Shown here one piece after another: positions 30,522 to 40,424 of a stretch of 64,000 bases of DNA. The DNA lies in contig JBNKCO010000083.1 in assembly GCA_050287785.1 (NCBI GenBank), positions 198,968 to 262,967 on the forward strand, read 5' to 3'. Numbering within the stretch: position 1 is the stretch's first letter; each line of letters starts with the position of its first letter. A program made the translations under genes and the position numbers. Source of the DNA: Bacteroidales bacterium (lineage in GTDB: Bacteria; Bacteroidota; Bacteroidia; Bacteroidales; UBA10428). The notes under the pieces were generated by a model. It was not told the DNA's origin. It did no database searches and saw only the letters and a list, made by a program, of their open reading frames with translations.

Positions 30522-32018
30522 TTACTCAAAAATTAGATTTCTAACATAGAAAGTACCACCAACTGTATGACCTGATCCACCAATTCCTATATAGAACATA
30601 TCTAAATCAATTCTATCTTTAGCAGCGTCAGCACTTTCTCCAGTAAATGGACCATCAAGCTGGAAAGTATATGTTTTCCACACATCAGTTGGAACAGTAT
30701 CTCCTCCAATTTCGTATTGAACATGGTCTGTCCACCAACCAGCTTTTGTCTGGCTCATATCGCCAAAACCCATTACCACATCTTTAGATAAATCACCAGT
30801 ATAGTCGTTTGAGCTTGGAACATAAATATCAATAGAAACTGTAGTAAGATTATCTAAAAGAATATCCTGTATTGTAGGATAAGTGCGGAATATTTGTTCC
30901 TGGTACTGTACTCCAGCTATTCTATTATATTTACCAACTTTGGTAGCACCTGCATCAGCAGGATCGTCAACAGCAAAATCTATTGATGCACCAGAAGTAA
31001 CTGTATCAAGCACAACCAAATCAGCTGCATTTCTTGATGCGAAAGTTACCTTCATTGAAGTTGGTGTGATATCTGAAAGGTCTTCTCCCCATGGAGCTTC
31101 AACTTCTACAACATCTGGTTCTAAACTAGCATCACTATAGCTTGCATATACAATTCGCCAGAATCCATCTTCTCCCCAATCAAAATCAACATTCATTAAG
31201 TCGTAACCGGTTTCTTCAATAATTTCAATTTTGCAAGTAGTACTAGCTGTTGGAGCAATTCTCTCACCTGAAGCATCAAGTTTTGGTATTCCTATCCATG
31301 CTCCATTTCCAGTTAATACTAATGCTCCAGTTGTAGGATCATAAGTAAAAGTATGACTGCCGGATAACCATGCACTTACATCTGTACCATCTTTATTAAC
31401 CATATTAGCTTTTTCGGCAACAAAACAAGTTTCCAACAATTCACCGGACCAAACACCATATTCTCCCCAGAAAAAACCATCATCATCAAAAACAAATGAG
31501 CCATCAGCACCAAAAGTAAAAGTTTGGTTATACAAACAAGGTCTGGCTCCATCATTTTCCAGGCCTGCCCACCAATTGGTAAAGTTTGCTGAACTTTCAC
31601 CAAAAGACATACAAACCCCTTCACGGAATAATTTCCAAGTCTTTGAAACATCACCAGTTAATAGTTTTACTGCCGCCAAAGGATCTGTTATTGTTATAGT
31701 CTCTGAATAATCATGAGAAGTACCAGCTGAATTAGACGCTGTAAGTTTTACAGTGTATTCGCCAGCTGCAGCGTATGTATGAGTTGGGGCCTTATCTGTT
31801 GAGGTTTCTCCATCGCCAAAAGTCCAACTATAAATGGTGGCATTTTGCGAGTAATTTGCAAAAATAACATCATGCCAATCAGTCGTGCTAATTTCAAACT
31901 GAAAACTCGCTACTGGATCTTCCACCTTAGGATCATCTTCCTTATCACAAGAATACATAATTGTTAAGGATACAACTCCTAACAATATTAAAATGGTTTT
32001 AAATAAATTCGTTTTCAT
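30522..32018 (-). CDS. PKD-domain surface lipoprotein, probable surface glycan-binding protein of the PUL
   Basis: Lipobox (IMYSC). PKD repeat (YSWTFGDGETSTDKAPTHTYAAAGEYTVKLTASNSAGTS), followed by about 380 aa of beta-rich sequence. First gene of the co-directional array. Confidence 0.65.
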   Translation of the reverse strand: MKTNLFKTILILLGVVSLTIMYSCDKEDDPKVEDPVASFQFEISTTDWHDVIFANYSQNATIYSWTFGDGETSTDKAPTHTYAAAGEYTVKLTASNSAGTSHDYSETITITDPLAAVKLLTGDVSKTWKLFREGVCMSFGESSANFTNWWAGLENDGARPCLYNQTFTFGADGSFVFDDDGFFWGEYGVWSGELLETCFVAEKANMVNKDGTDVSAWLSGSHTFTYDPTTGALVLTGNGAWIGIPKLDASGERIAPTASTTCKIEIIEETGYDLMNVDFDWGEDGFWRIVYASYSDASLEPDVVEVEAPWGEDLSDITPTSMKVTFASRNAADLVVLDTVTSGASIDFAVDDPADAGATKVGKYNRIAGVQYQEQIFRTYPTIQDILLDNLTTVSIDIYVPSSNDYTGDLSKDVVMGFGDMSQTKAGWWTDHVQYEIGGDTVPTDVWKTYTFQLDGPFTGESADAAKDRIDLDMFYIGIGGSGHTVGGTFYVRNLIFE

Positions 32019-32130
32019 AATTGTGTTGTTTAAATTTGTAATAGCTTTAATTATTTAGGTTCACTATCAATATCGAAAGCCAAATTATAACCGGACTAGA
32101 AAAAATAAAAGATATACGACTCTACATAAT

Positions 32131-32170
32131 TACATCACCTGCAATATATAGTTACATCACAAATACATCA
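32131..32170 (-). promoter_or_regulatory. Three phased TGATGTA direct repeats (candidate operator) upstream of the PUL array
   Basis: The minus strand reads TTGATGTATTTGTGATGTAACTATATATTGCAGGTGATGTAATTATGTAGA. The units are at 32170-32164, 32159-32153 and 32137-32131, with start-to-start spacings of 11 and 22 bp. The ATG is 113 bp downstream. Confidence 0.35.
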
Positions 32171-32470
32171 AACAGACTTTATTGTTCTGATTTTCTTATA
32201 CTTAAAAACTTGAATTAACCCTTCAAATTGCTTTTGCTATTTTCTCATTTAAAATACAAACTATAACCATTCATGTGAAATGAATAGTTATAAGTTATCT
32301 GAGTTTGCTGATTTTTTAAATGCTAGAATTGACAATTGAAGATAATCTATAAACAAAATGAGGATGAATACATAAAAATTATTAAAATAACAGCCTTAAT
32401 TTATTCCACATAACCTAAGGACTAAAAAATCGGAAACTGTCGATAAATAACTAATAGGTAGGTATAAACA

Positions 32471-35407
32471 TTAAATACTCATTATATACTCTGTCAAATT
32501 TAAATCTCTATCCAAATTCAACTTTTTTCTTAACCGATATCGACTTATTTCCACGCCTCTGATAGATATATTCATAAGCGGTGCAATTTCTTTAGTTGAA
32601 ATATTCATTCTTAGGTATGAACACAATCTTAAATCCTTTGGTGTTAGCTCAGGATGTTGTTCTTTTAAACGGTTAGTAAAATCGCGATGTACCTCATCAA
32701 AATACTTATCAAAGACTTTCCATTGACGGTCACTTTTAATATCCTTATCAATCCGCTTAACAATTTGTCGCAGTGCATATTTATTTGATTCCATAGATAG
32801 CTTGCTTATTATTGCATGCACATCATCTTTTACTTTATTAAGGAATTTATTCTTCTGAATTATATGCATGGTAGAATTAGCCAATTCCATGTCTTTATGC
32901 CTCATCTCAATAAGAAGCTTCTCATTTTTAAGCCTTTCAATTTCTTCTTCTGACAACTTAGCTTCTTCAAGGAATTTCTGTTCTTTCTCCACAAGTTCCT
33001 TTTTATGCCTTTGCTTTTCGAGTTCACGCGCTTTATCCAGCTTTTTTCTAAAATATATTAGGTTTAAAATGACTAAAGCAATTAATGACAAACCATAAAT
33101 TATAAATGCCAACTTTGTTCTATATACAGGTGGTCGAACAGAAAACTCAAAAGATGCCGTTGTACTTAAATGATTATAAATATTTTTTGCTCTAACTTCA
33201 AAAGTATAGTCTCCCTCTTTTAAATTTGTGTACTCCTTATTTGTAAGATTACTCCATGGCGACCAAGGCTCATCAAATCCTATTAATCTATATGAATAGC
33301 TAATTTGGCGTGGTGCTTCAAAATATGGGGTCATAAACTGAAATGAAATTGAATTATAACGGTAAGGTAATTCTATATTTAAATCATTCTTCTTTCCTTT
33401 ATATTGCTCATAATATTTATGAATCAATATAGAATCCTTAGATCTGCTCTTAATTGTTATATCTCCAATAAGAGTTTTATAAGGAATCTTAAAGTCCTTT
33501 GTTTTTTCAGAATTATAATGAAACATACCTTGCTGACTGCCAATATATACATTCTTTGAATCGAGCATAAATACATTCTCAAAAGGAACAGATAGAAACT
33601 GATTTTTGATACGATTAAATGGGATAGCTATTTTTGAATAAGTTCCGTCTTCCTGAAGCCGCAAAACTCCAAGTTCCTGCGAACCGAAATACCATAAATC
33701 GCCACGAAAATCCTCAACAACTCTGGATAAATCAGAAGTGCCAACAAATAAAGAAGAGAACTCATGGTTAATTTTAAACGAGTCGGTAAGTTGATCATAG
33801 AAGTATATCCCATTTCTTGCAACAATATTAAACTCATCATTTATTTCCGTTATGCTATATGGTAATTCAGGTAAGCCTCTGGAAGAATTGTACAAATTAA
33901 CAGTTGAAACAGAATTAAAATCATCATTTAGTTTTACCTTAAATATACCCTTGTATCCATGTGTAATCCACAAATATTTATTCTTATCAAAATATAACTC
34001 TTTACTAGATTCGTTAAATCCTTTGATTAATCCAACTTCTTTAATACCTGAGGTACCACTACCAAAGCCTTCATAAAGGACTAGTCCATTATAGCCTCCA
34101 CCAATTACTCTGTTTTTATCCCATGGAACCTCAACATAATCCCATCCGCCCTCTATTCCAGAAATTTTCTTAGCTGTGTAACCTTTAACCTTAAAAGTTC
34201 CAAGATTATGCCCACATATTAGCTCATCTTTAATTATTTCTAAGGACCAGACCTGTCCCATAGTTCCTTCTACTAAAACAAACTCATCATCAATCATCGA
34301 TTGATTTGTAATTTCAGTAAGCTTTTTCGCAAACAAGCCCTGATTTGTGCCAATATATAAGATGCCATCGTAAACAATAGACACATAGGAAGTCTCAATA
34401 TTAAAACAATAGTTTATCAAACTTATCGGCGAACTAATCTCAAGAGCATCAATCCCATTATCTAATCCTACCCATAAATTACTATGTCTATCAAGATATA
34501 AACTTAACACTGTATTGTTCTGTAAACCTTTAAATCTATTAACATGCAATACAATATTTCCAGTAAAGTCAACTACATACAATCCATCTTGAATTGTCCC
34601 AATGGCAATTTGATTACCCGGTAAGGAAATTCCTGTGTAGACCTGTTCTTTTAAAAAACGTTTATTAACTGCAACATTCCATAAAGCCAAACCTTTACCA
34701 TTAAATTTAAAAATACCATTGTTAGTTGTGCCAATTAACAAGCTATTATTACTATTAGGAATTATGAATGATATTTCATTTTCTTTATAGAAGCTTTTAT
34801 CGCTATGAACCATTTCAAGTTCGGCTCCTCTCAATCTATAAAGACCTGTTTCGCGATCAACAACATATAACACATTGTTTACAAAATATGAAAACCCAAA
34901 GCTAGAAGGTGGATCAATTATCTTAACCTTATCATTTTTAAAAATGATCATTCGAATAAACGACTGAAAGACAACACCATCCCGCGTAGAAAAAATTCTC
35001 CAAATCTCTCCAAGATCCCTTTGTTCTTTAGGTAAAGAATCTGACAAGGATACATATAAATGTTGCCCACGCTCGTCAACAGAGAAATACCCAAATTCAT
35101 TAAAACCACCTGCATAAAGTTTGTCATTAAAGTATGCAACAGTTCGCACCACTGAGCCATTTGGCAATGGATGAAGCTCCCAGGTACTACCATCAAATTC
35201 AAGAACTCCGCTGTTATTTGCAAAATACATTATACCGTCACTACCTTGGGTAATACCCCAATTCTGAGTTCCGGCCTGATAAATATCTCTGCTATAATTA
35301 TTGATAAAAGGTAATCCTACTTCCTTGATTTGAGCAGTTAATACAAATGGGAATAACACTAATAGATAAATAATAATTGGCTGATATCTTTTTATTAAAG
35401 TGTACAT
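32471..35407 (-). CDS. Membrane-tethered propeller/Y_Y_Y + LuxR-HTH one-component regulator (paralog of 1921-4887)
   Basis: Same architecture: signal-like N-terminus, propeller repeats, Y_Y_Y (YSYRLIGFDEPW...YTFEVRAKNIYNH), TM segment (LAFIIYGLSLIALVILNLIYF), coiled coil, and HTH (ISTKEIAPLMNISIRGVEISRYRLRKKLNL). Confidence 0.8.
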   Translation of the reverse strand: MYTLIKRYQPIIIYLLVLFPFVLTAQIKEVGLPFINNYSRDIYQAGTQNWGITQGSDGIMYFANNSGVLEFDGSTWELHPLPNGSVVRTVAYFNDKLYAGGFNEFGYFSVDERGQHLYVSLSDSLPKEQRDLGEIWRIFSTRDGVVFQSFIRMIIFKNDKVKIIDPPSSFGFSYFVNNVLYVVDRETGLYRLRGAELEMVHSDKSFYKENEISFIIPNSNNSLLIGTTNNGIFKFNGKGLALWNVAVNKRFLKEQVYTGISLPGNQIAIGTIQDGLYVVDFTGNIVLHVNRFKGLQNNTVLSLYLDRHSNLWVGLDNGIDALEISSPISLINYCFNIETSYVSIVYDGILYIGTNQGLFAKKLTEITNQSMIDDEFVLVEGTMGQVWSLEIIKDELICGHNLGTFKVKGYTAKKISGIEGGWDYVEVPWDKNRVIGGGYNGLVLYEGFGSGTSGIKEVGLIKGFNESSKELYFDKNKYLWITHGYKGIFKVKLNDDFNSVSTVNLYNSSRGLPELPYSITEINDEFNIVARNGIYFYDQLTDSFKINHEFSSLFVGTSDLSRVVEDFRGDLWYFGSQELGVLRLQEDGTYSKIAIPFNRIKNQFLSVPFENVFMLDSKNVYIGSQQGMFHYNSEKTKDFKIPYKTLIGDITIKSRSKDSILIHKYYEQYKGKKNDLNIELPYRYNSISFQFMTPYFEAPRQISYSYRLIGFDEPWSPWSNLTNKEYTNLKEGDYTFEVRAKNIYNHLSTTASFEFSVRPPVYRTKLAFIIYGLSLIALVILNLIYFRKKLDKARELEKQRHKKELVEKEQKFLEEAKLSEEEIERLKNEKLLIEMRHKDMELANSTMHIIQKNKFLNKVKDDVHAIISKLSMESNKYALRQIVKRIDKDIKSDRQWKVFDKYFDEVHRDFTNRLKEQHPELTPKDLRLCSYLRMNISTKEIAPLMNISIRGVEISRYRLRKKLNLDRDLNLTEYIMSI

Positions 35408-35595
35408 ATAATAGACGTATTATCAGATCTAATAAATAATTGCAGTAAAAAATTCCAAGAATGAAATTGAGACTAAACTACAACATTTAGATTATTATCA
35501 GCCTGATTTTTTAAAATAATCATTGCTATTTGTTGAGGTAACATCCAGTATAGAATTGACGTAATTTACTGCAAAACAATAGTTAGCAATATTTC

Positions 35596-35613
35596 AGATG
35601 TAATTATGATGTA
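35596..35613 (+). promoter_or_regulatory. Two phased (A/T)GATGTA direct repeats (candidate operator) upstream of GH30
   Basis: The + strand reads CAGATGTAATTATGATGTAGTA. The units are at 35596-35602 and 35607-35613, 11 bp apart. The 12-mer GATGTAATTATG is identical to the one at 32136-32125 (minus strand). Confidence 0.35.
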
Positions 35614-35845
35614 GTATTTGCCGATGGTTAATATACACTAATTATTCTAACCGGATGAATACTATAATCAATAAATTATAATTATGAGGATTAATACAAC
35701 AATTATCAAATTCAATGTTAGCTAGTCTATTTATTGAGCAATAAAAAGAATTACTGGGATAAGCGTCTGTAATTTCCTAACCATATAAAAATTTCACTAA
35801 TAATTTACATTTTGTATTTATTAAACCTGAATTTTATAAATTAGT

Positions 35846-37309
35846 ATGATGAGAAAAAATTGGTTTATCCCCTTTTTATTAATTGGCATTGCCAGCTGTT
35901 CGAATTCGGCCCAGGTTAATAACATTAAAGAAACCTTTTCGGTTAAAGGTAAAACAGCAATTGTTATAACAACGGCAAAGAATACTGAATACAGATTAAC
36001 AAAAACCGGGGAAGTTAGTTTTCAAAAAGCAGCTCAACCAAAGGAAACAGAAAATTCAATTTTCGTAAATCCGAACAACACATTTCAGACTTTTATTGGT
36101 ATGGGAGGAGCCATAACCGATGCCTCTGCTGAAGTATTTGCAAAACTATCAGATAATAAGCAAGAAGAATTACTTTCCGCTTATTATGGAAAGAATGGTA
36201 TTGACTATACACTTATGCGAACTCCCATTCACAGTTGCGATTTTAGCAGTGGTAACTTTACATACATAGAAGAGGGCGATAAAGAACTAACGACATTTTC
36301 AATTGATCATGACAGACAATTTCGTCTCCCAATGATTAAGCGAGCTATCGAAAAGGCAAATGGCTCTATGCTATTTTATGCAAGTCCGTGGAGCCCCCCA
36401 GCTTTTATGAAAGATAATAAAAACATGCTGCAAGGTGGCAGACTCCTACCAGAATACTACAATGCCTGGGCAAAATACTATGCTAAATTTATTAAAGAAT
36501 ACGAAAAAGAAGGAATCCCGATTTGGGGAGTGACAATTCAAAACGAGCCAATGGCTGTTCAGCGTTGGGAATCATGTATTTATACTGCAGAAGAAGAACG
36601 TGATTTTCTTAAAAACCATTTGGGCCCTATCTTGGAACAAGAAGGTTTGGGAGATAAAAACATTGTTGTTTGGGATCATAACCGAGATTTAATTACACAC
36701 CGTGCTAACACAATTTTCGATGATCCTGATGCAGCAAAATATGCTTGGGGGATAGGATTTCACTGGTATGAAAGCTGGCGTGGTGGAGAACCAAAATTCG
36801 ATAACCTTCAGAAAATTCAAGAAGCTTATCCGGATAAAAAACTATTATTTACTGAAGGATGTAATGAAAGTTTTGATTCAGACAAATATCAATACTGGCC
36901 AAATGCAGAGCGATATGGAAAATCAATAATAAACGATTTTAATCGCGGGACTGTTGGCTGGACAGACTGGAATATTCTATTAGATGAAACGGGTGGCCCT
37001 AATCATGTTAACAACCTTTGCTTTGCTCCTATTCATGCCGACACACATGTTGATAGCATTATTTATACTCCGACATATTATTACCTGGGACATTTTTCAA
37101 AATATATTCGCCCTGGAGCAAAAAGAGTAAGTACAGCTTCAAGCATTAGTTTTCTGGAAAGCACTTCTTTTTTGAATGAGAATGGCAAAATGGTAACTGT
37201 TGTGATGAATTCAACTGACAATACATTTGCATATAGAGTATATGTTGGAGCCAGAATGGCTATTTCATTGGAAATTCCTGCGAGAGCAATGCAAACTATT
37301 ATTTACTAA
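35846..37309 (+). CDS. GH30 glycoside hydrolase (probable beta-1,6-glucanase/glucosidase), lipoprotein
   Basis: Lipobox (GIASC). Motifs: MGGAITDASAE, SPWSPPAFMK, IWGVTIQNEP, LLFTEGC. Roughly 60 percent identical by eye to 214-1692. Confidence 0.85.
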   Translation: MMRKNWFIPFLLIGIASCSNSAQVNNIKETFSVKGKTAIVITTAKNTEYRLTKTGEVSFQKAAQPKETENSIFVNPNNTFQTFIGMGGAITDASAEVFAKLSDNKQEELLSAYYGKNGIDYTLMRTPIHSCDFSSGNFTYIEEGDKELTTFSIDHDRQFRLPMIKRAIEKANGSMLFYASPWSPPAFMKDNKNMLQGGRLLPEYYNAWAKYYAKFIKEYEKEGIPIWGVTIQNEPMAVQRWESCIYTAEEERDFLKNHLGPILEQEGLGDKNIVVWDHNRDLITHRANTIFDDPDAAKYAWGIGFHWYESWRGGEPKFDNLQKIQEAYPDKKLLFTEGCNESFDSDKYQYWPNAERYGKSIINDFNRGTVGWTDWNILLDETGGPNHVNNLCFAPIHADTHVDSIIYTPTYYYLGHFSKYIRPGAKRVSTASSISFLESTSFLNENGKMVTVVMNSTDNTFAYRVYVGARMAISLEIPARAMQTIIY

Positions 37310-37347
37310 ATTTATCCAGACAACACAAAATCCCAACCTTCAGTCTC

Positions 37348-38526
37348 ATGGCAAATAAAGAGAGAATTTTAATAGTTGATACTTTAAGAGGTTTTGCTCT
37401 TTTATTAATTGTTCTAATACATTTTGTTGAACACTTTGACTTTTTCAAAGATCCTGAATATAATTTTCTGTTCTCACCAGAAGTCGATGGCAAGGTTATT
37501 AATACCGTTTTTATTATAATTAGCGGAAAAGCATATTCAATATTTGCCCTATTGTTTGGACTCAGCTTTTTTATTCAGATGGACAGAAAAGCTGCTCAGG
37601 GAGTTGATTTTAGAGGGACTTTTCTGTGGCGAATAACCATTCTACTCAGCTTGGGATTCGTTCATTCATTGGTTTACAGAGGCGACATTCTTCATATTTA
37701 TGCTATTATTGGTATTCCGTTAATATTTCTTTACAGAGTGAATACCAAGGTTCTGTTGTTAATATCCTTTCTGCTGTTAATTCAAATTCCAATGATTTAT
37801 GAGCTTATTCAATCATTTATTAATCCAAATTACGAATATATAAAGCATATAAAAGAATATTTTATGGAGGGAAATGAAATTTATGCCTCAGGCAGTTTTC
37901 TTGATGTTATTTCCTATAACTTATGGAAAGGAAGAATAAGCGTTTGGAGTTGGACTTACTACAACGGCAGGTTTTTGCAACTACTCACCTTATTTATTGT
38001 TGGAATGTTGCTTGGTCGAATTCGTATTTTTGAAAATATTTCAAAAAATCGCAAAGCTTTTGTTACTACCCTATTAATTAGTATTGCCAGCTTTGTTTTT
38101 TTCTTGTTTTTGTACAATAAAATAAACAGTAGCAGCTTAAGCGAATTGCAAAAAGGAATGCTTAATACAATAATAATTTCATATGAAAATTTAGCAATAA
38201 CAGCCTTTTTTATCTCGTTAATTATACTGCTATATTTATGGTTTGAAAACGCATTGATTTTTAGACTATTTGCCTCTTATGGAAAAATGAGTTTATCAAA
38301 TTATGTTTTCCAGGCTGTTTTTGGAGTAATATTCTTCTATGGATTCGGATTGGCTATGTATAAATATCTTGGATCAACCTGGAGCTTAATTCTGGGATTT
38401 TTTGTATTCTTTACTCAAGCTGTAATATCTCATTATTGGAATAAAAAGTACTATTACGGACCACTTGAGTGGCTTTGGAGATGCTTGACTTATTTTGATT
38501 TTGGAATAAGATTTAAACGAAATTAA
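37348..38526 (+). CDS. DUF418/YeiB-family integral membrane protein
   Basis: N-terminal DTLRGFALLLIVLIHF motif, multiple TM helices and the C-terminal GPLEWLWR motif typical of DUF418. Starts 38 nt after GH30. Confidence 0.7.
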   Translation: MANKERILIVDTLRGFALLLIVLIHFVEHFDFFKDPEYNFLFSPEVDGKVINTVFIIISGKAYSIFALLFGLSFFIQMDRKAAQGVDFRGTFLWRITILLSLGFVHSLVYRGDILHIYAIIGIPLIFLYRVNTKVLLLISFLLLIQIPMIYELIQSFINPNYEYIKHIKEYFMEGNEIYASGSFLDVISYNLWKGRISVWSWTYYNGRFLQLLTLFIVGMLLGRIRIFENISKNRKAFVTTLLISIASFVFFLFLYNKINSSSLSELQKGMLNTIIISYENLAITAFFISLIILLYLWFENALIFRLFASYGKMSLSNYVFQAVFGVIFFYGFGLAMYKYLGSTWSLILGFFVFFTQAVISHYWNKKYYYGPLEWLWRCLTYFDFGIRFKRN

Positions 38527-38572
38527 AAGATAAATTCCTGGAAGTTATTTGAAACAAAAAGTAATTATATAA

Positions 38573-38624
38573 GTCTCAACACCACCCAATATGACAAAAA
38601 AGTCTTTTCGAGTGGTATCGAGAC
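38573..38624. terminator. Long hairpin between convergent genes (possible bidirectional terminator)
   Basis: Arms gtctcaacaccac (38573-38585) and gtggtatcgagac (38612-38624) pair at 11 of 13 positions. An internal gacAAAAAAgtc mini-hairpin is present. It sits between the stops at 38526 (+) and 38641 (-). Confidence 0.3.
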
Positions 38625-38640
38625 AACTTTAGGCTTTTAC

Positions 38641-40260
38641 CTACTCTTCTTCATCATTGTTTGACAACAGCTCAGCACTTTTAACCAAAGAAATAAATTC
38701 CAACCTCTGATCATTATCAACAATTCCATTTGAGTTCTTCGCTAATTGTTTTATTAAGCTATAGCTAATACTTCCCTTAAACTCCGATTCTCTTAACTGC
38801 ATACCAAAAGCCGCAACTGAGGCCGAAAATTTAAAATCCGTAGATGTATTTTGAAGTTTAATTGCTTTGTTTACAACAACCTTAGTTATAAGTTTGCTTT
38901 TTTCACTCCCAATTGGCTTATATCTTAACTTCAAAGAAAATAACTCATTTGAATTTGACTGCTCGCTAAGTTGAGTATTCTGGTATTTCAAATCATCAAC
39001 CCTTCTAGTTTCAGCACCAATGCTTTGCGGAATAATTTCATAAATAGCGGTAACTGTATGACCTGCTCCAAGTTCTCCGGCATCCTTTAAATCATCATTA
39101 AAATCCTCTTTAGCTAACATCCTGTTTTCGTAGCCAATTAAGCGATAGGCTTTAACATGAAGTGGATTAAATTCAACCTGAATTTTTACATCTTTAGCAA
39201 TAGTAAACATATTTGCACGTAGTTCAGTAACAAAAACTTTCTTTGCCTCTTTAATGTTATCAATGTAAAAATAATTGCCATTTCCGGCATTACTAATTTG
39301 CTCCATACGCCCATCTTTATAGTTCCCCATTCCGAAACCACAAATTGTTAGGTAAATGTCATCTTTTCTTTTTTCTTCAATAATTCGCACTAAATCATCT
39401 GTTGATGAAACTCCAACATTAAAATCTCCATCGGTACAAAGAATTACCCTGTTATTTCCATCAACCTGCAAATTTTTCTTTGCTATTCTATATGCCAATT
39501 CAATTCCTTTTCCTCCAGCGGTTGAACCACCTGCTTCAAGCCTCTCTAGTGCGTTCAATATCTTTTTCTTATTTTCTGACGAGGTTGGAGGCAAAACCAG
39601 TCCGGCAGCTCCGGCATAAGCCACAATTGAAACTTTATCATTCTCACTTAGCTCCTCCAGCATTAATTTAAGTGATTTTTTAATCAACCCGAGTTTATCG
39701 GAACTGTTCATTGAACCAGAAACATCTATAAGAAAGACCAGGTTTGAAGGTTTTATATTATCATAGTCTAAGTCTTTACCTTGAATTCCAATGTGTGCCA
39801 GATAATGCCCTTCTGACCATGGACTTTCTCCAACTTCTGTGTAAACATGAAATGGATGTTCATCGCTTGGTTGTGGATAGTTATAACTGAAATAATTAAC
39901 CATCTCCTCAATCCGAACTGCATCTTTAGGTGGTAACTGATTATCATTGATAAACCTACGAACATTTGAATAAGAGGCATTATCGACATCTATTGAAAAG
40001 GTAGACAAAGGATTCTGGGCAACATCTAAAAACTCGTTTTCGTAGATCCTATCATACTCTTCAGTATTTGAAGATATTTGCGATTCTTCCTCTGCTTCAG
40101 AAGTCATAACTGGTTCTGATGTCTTCAAGCTTTCCAACATTATGTCTCTATTTTGCTGCCCTGGTTGACAACTAAATGTTAACACCCCCATTAAAAGAAT
40201 TAGATACTTAATACTTAGTATCTTTCTACTAATCTTGTTATTTACTTTCATGTGTTTCAT
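38641..40260 (-). CDS. YfbK-like von Willebrand factor type A (vWA) domain lipoprotein
   Basis: Lipobox (TFSC). N-terminal vWA-associated domain (FSIDVDNASYSNVRRFINDNQLPPKDAVRIEEMVNYF). MIDAS motif (VFLIDVSGSMNS). C-terminal DUF3520-like region. Start set at the internal ATG 40260. Confidence 0.8.
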   Translation of the reverse strand: MKHMKVNNKISRKILSIKYLILLMGVLTFSCQPGQQNRDIMLESLKTSEPVMTSEAEEESQISSNTEEYDRIYENEFLDVAQNPLSTFSIDVDNASYSNVRRFINDNQLPPKDAVRIEEMVNYFSYNYPQPSDEHPFHVYTEVGESPWSEGHYLAHIGIQGKDLDYDNIKPSNLVFLIDVSGSMNSSDKLGLIKKSLKLMLEELSENDKVSIVAYAGAAGLVLPPTSSENKKKILNALERLEAGGSTAGGKGIELAYRIAKKNLQVDGNNRVILCTDGDFNVGVSSTDDLVRIIEEKRKDDIYLTICGFGMGNYKDGRMEQISNAGNGNYFYIDNIKEAKKVFVTELRANMFTIAKDVKIQVEFNPLHVKAYRLIGYENRMLAKEDFNDDLKDAGELGAGHTVTAIYEIIPQSIGAETRRVDDLKYQNTQLSEQSNSNELFSLKLRYKPIGSEKSKLITKVVVNKAIKLQNTSTDFKFSASVAAFGMQLRESEFKGSISYSLIKQLAKNSNGIVDNDQRLEFISLVKSAELLSNNDEEE

Positions 40261-40424
40261 AATTTTATATTTTTGAGTTATACAATCTGCTTTCAAACAT
40301 ATATCATGAATAAGCACATAGATTGTAGAACTCTTGTAAAAGCTTTGTTTATTATTTTACAATTTAACAACCATTTACAAATCGCTTTATTACAGAACAA
40401 TACACTAGAGTTTAAACTGAATTA

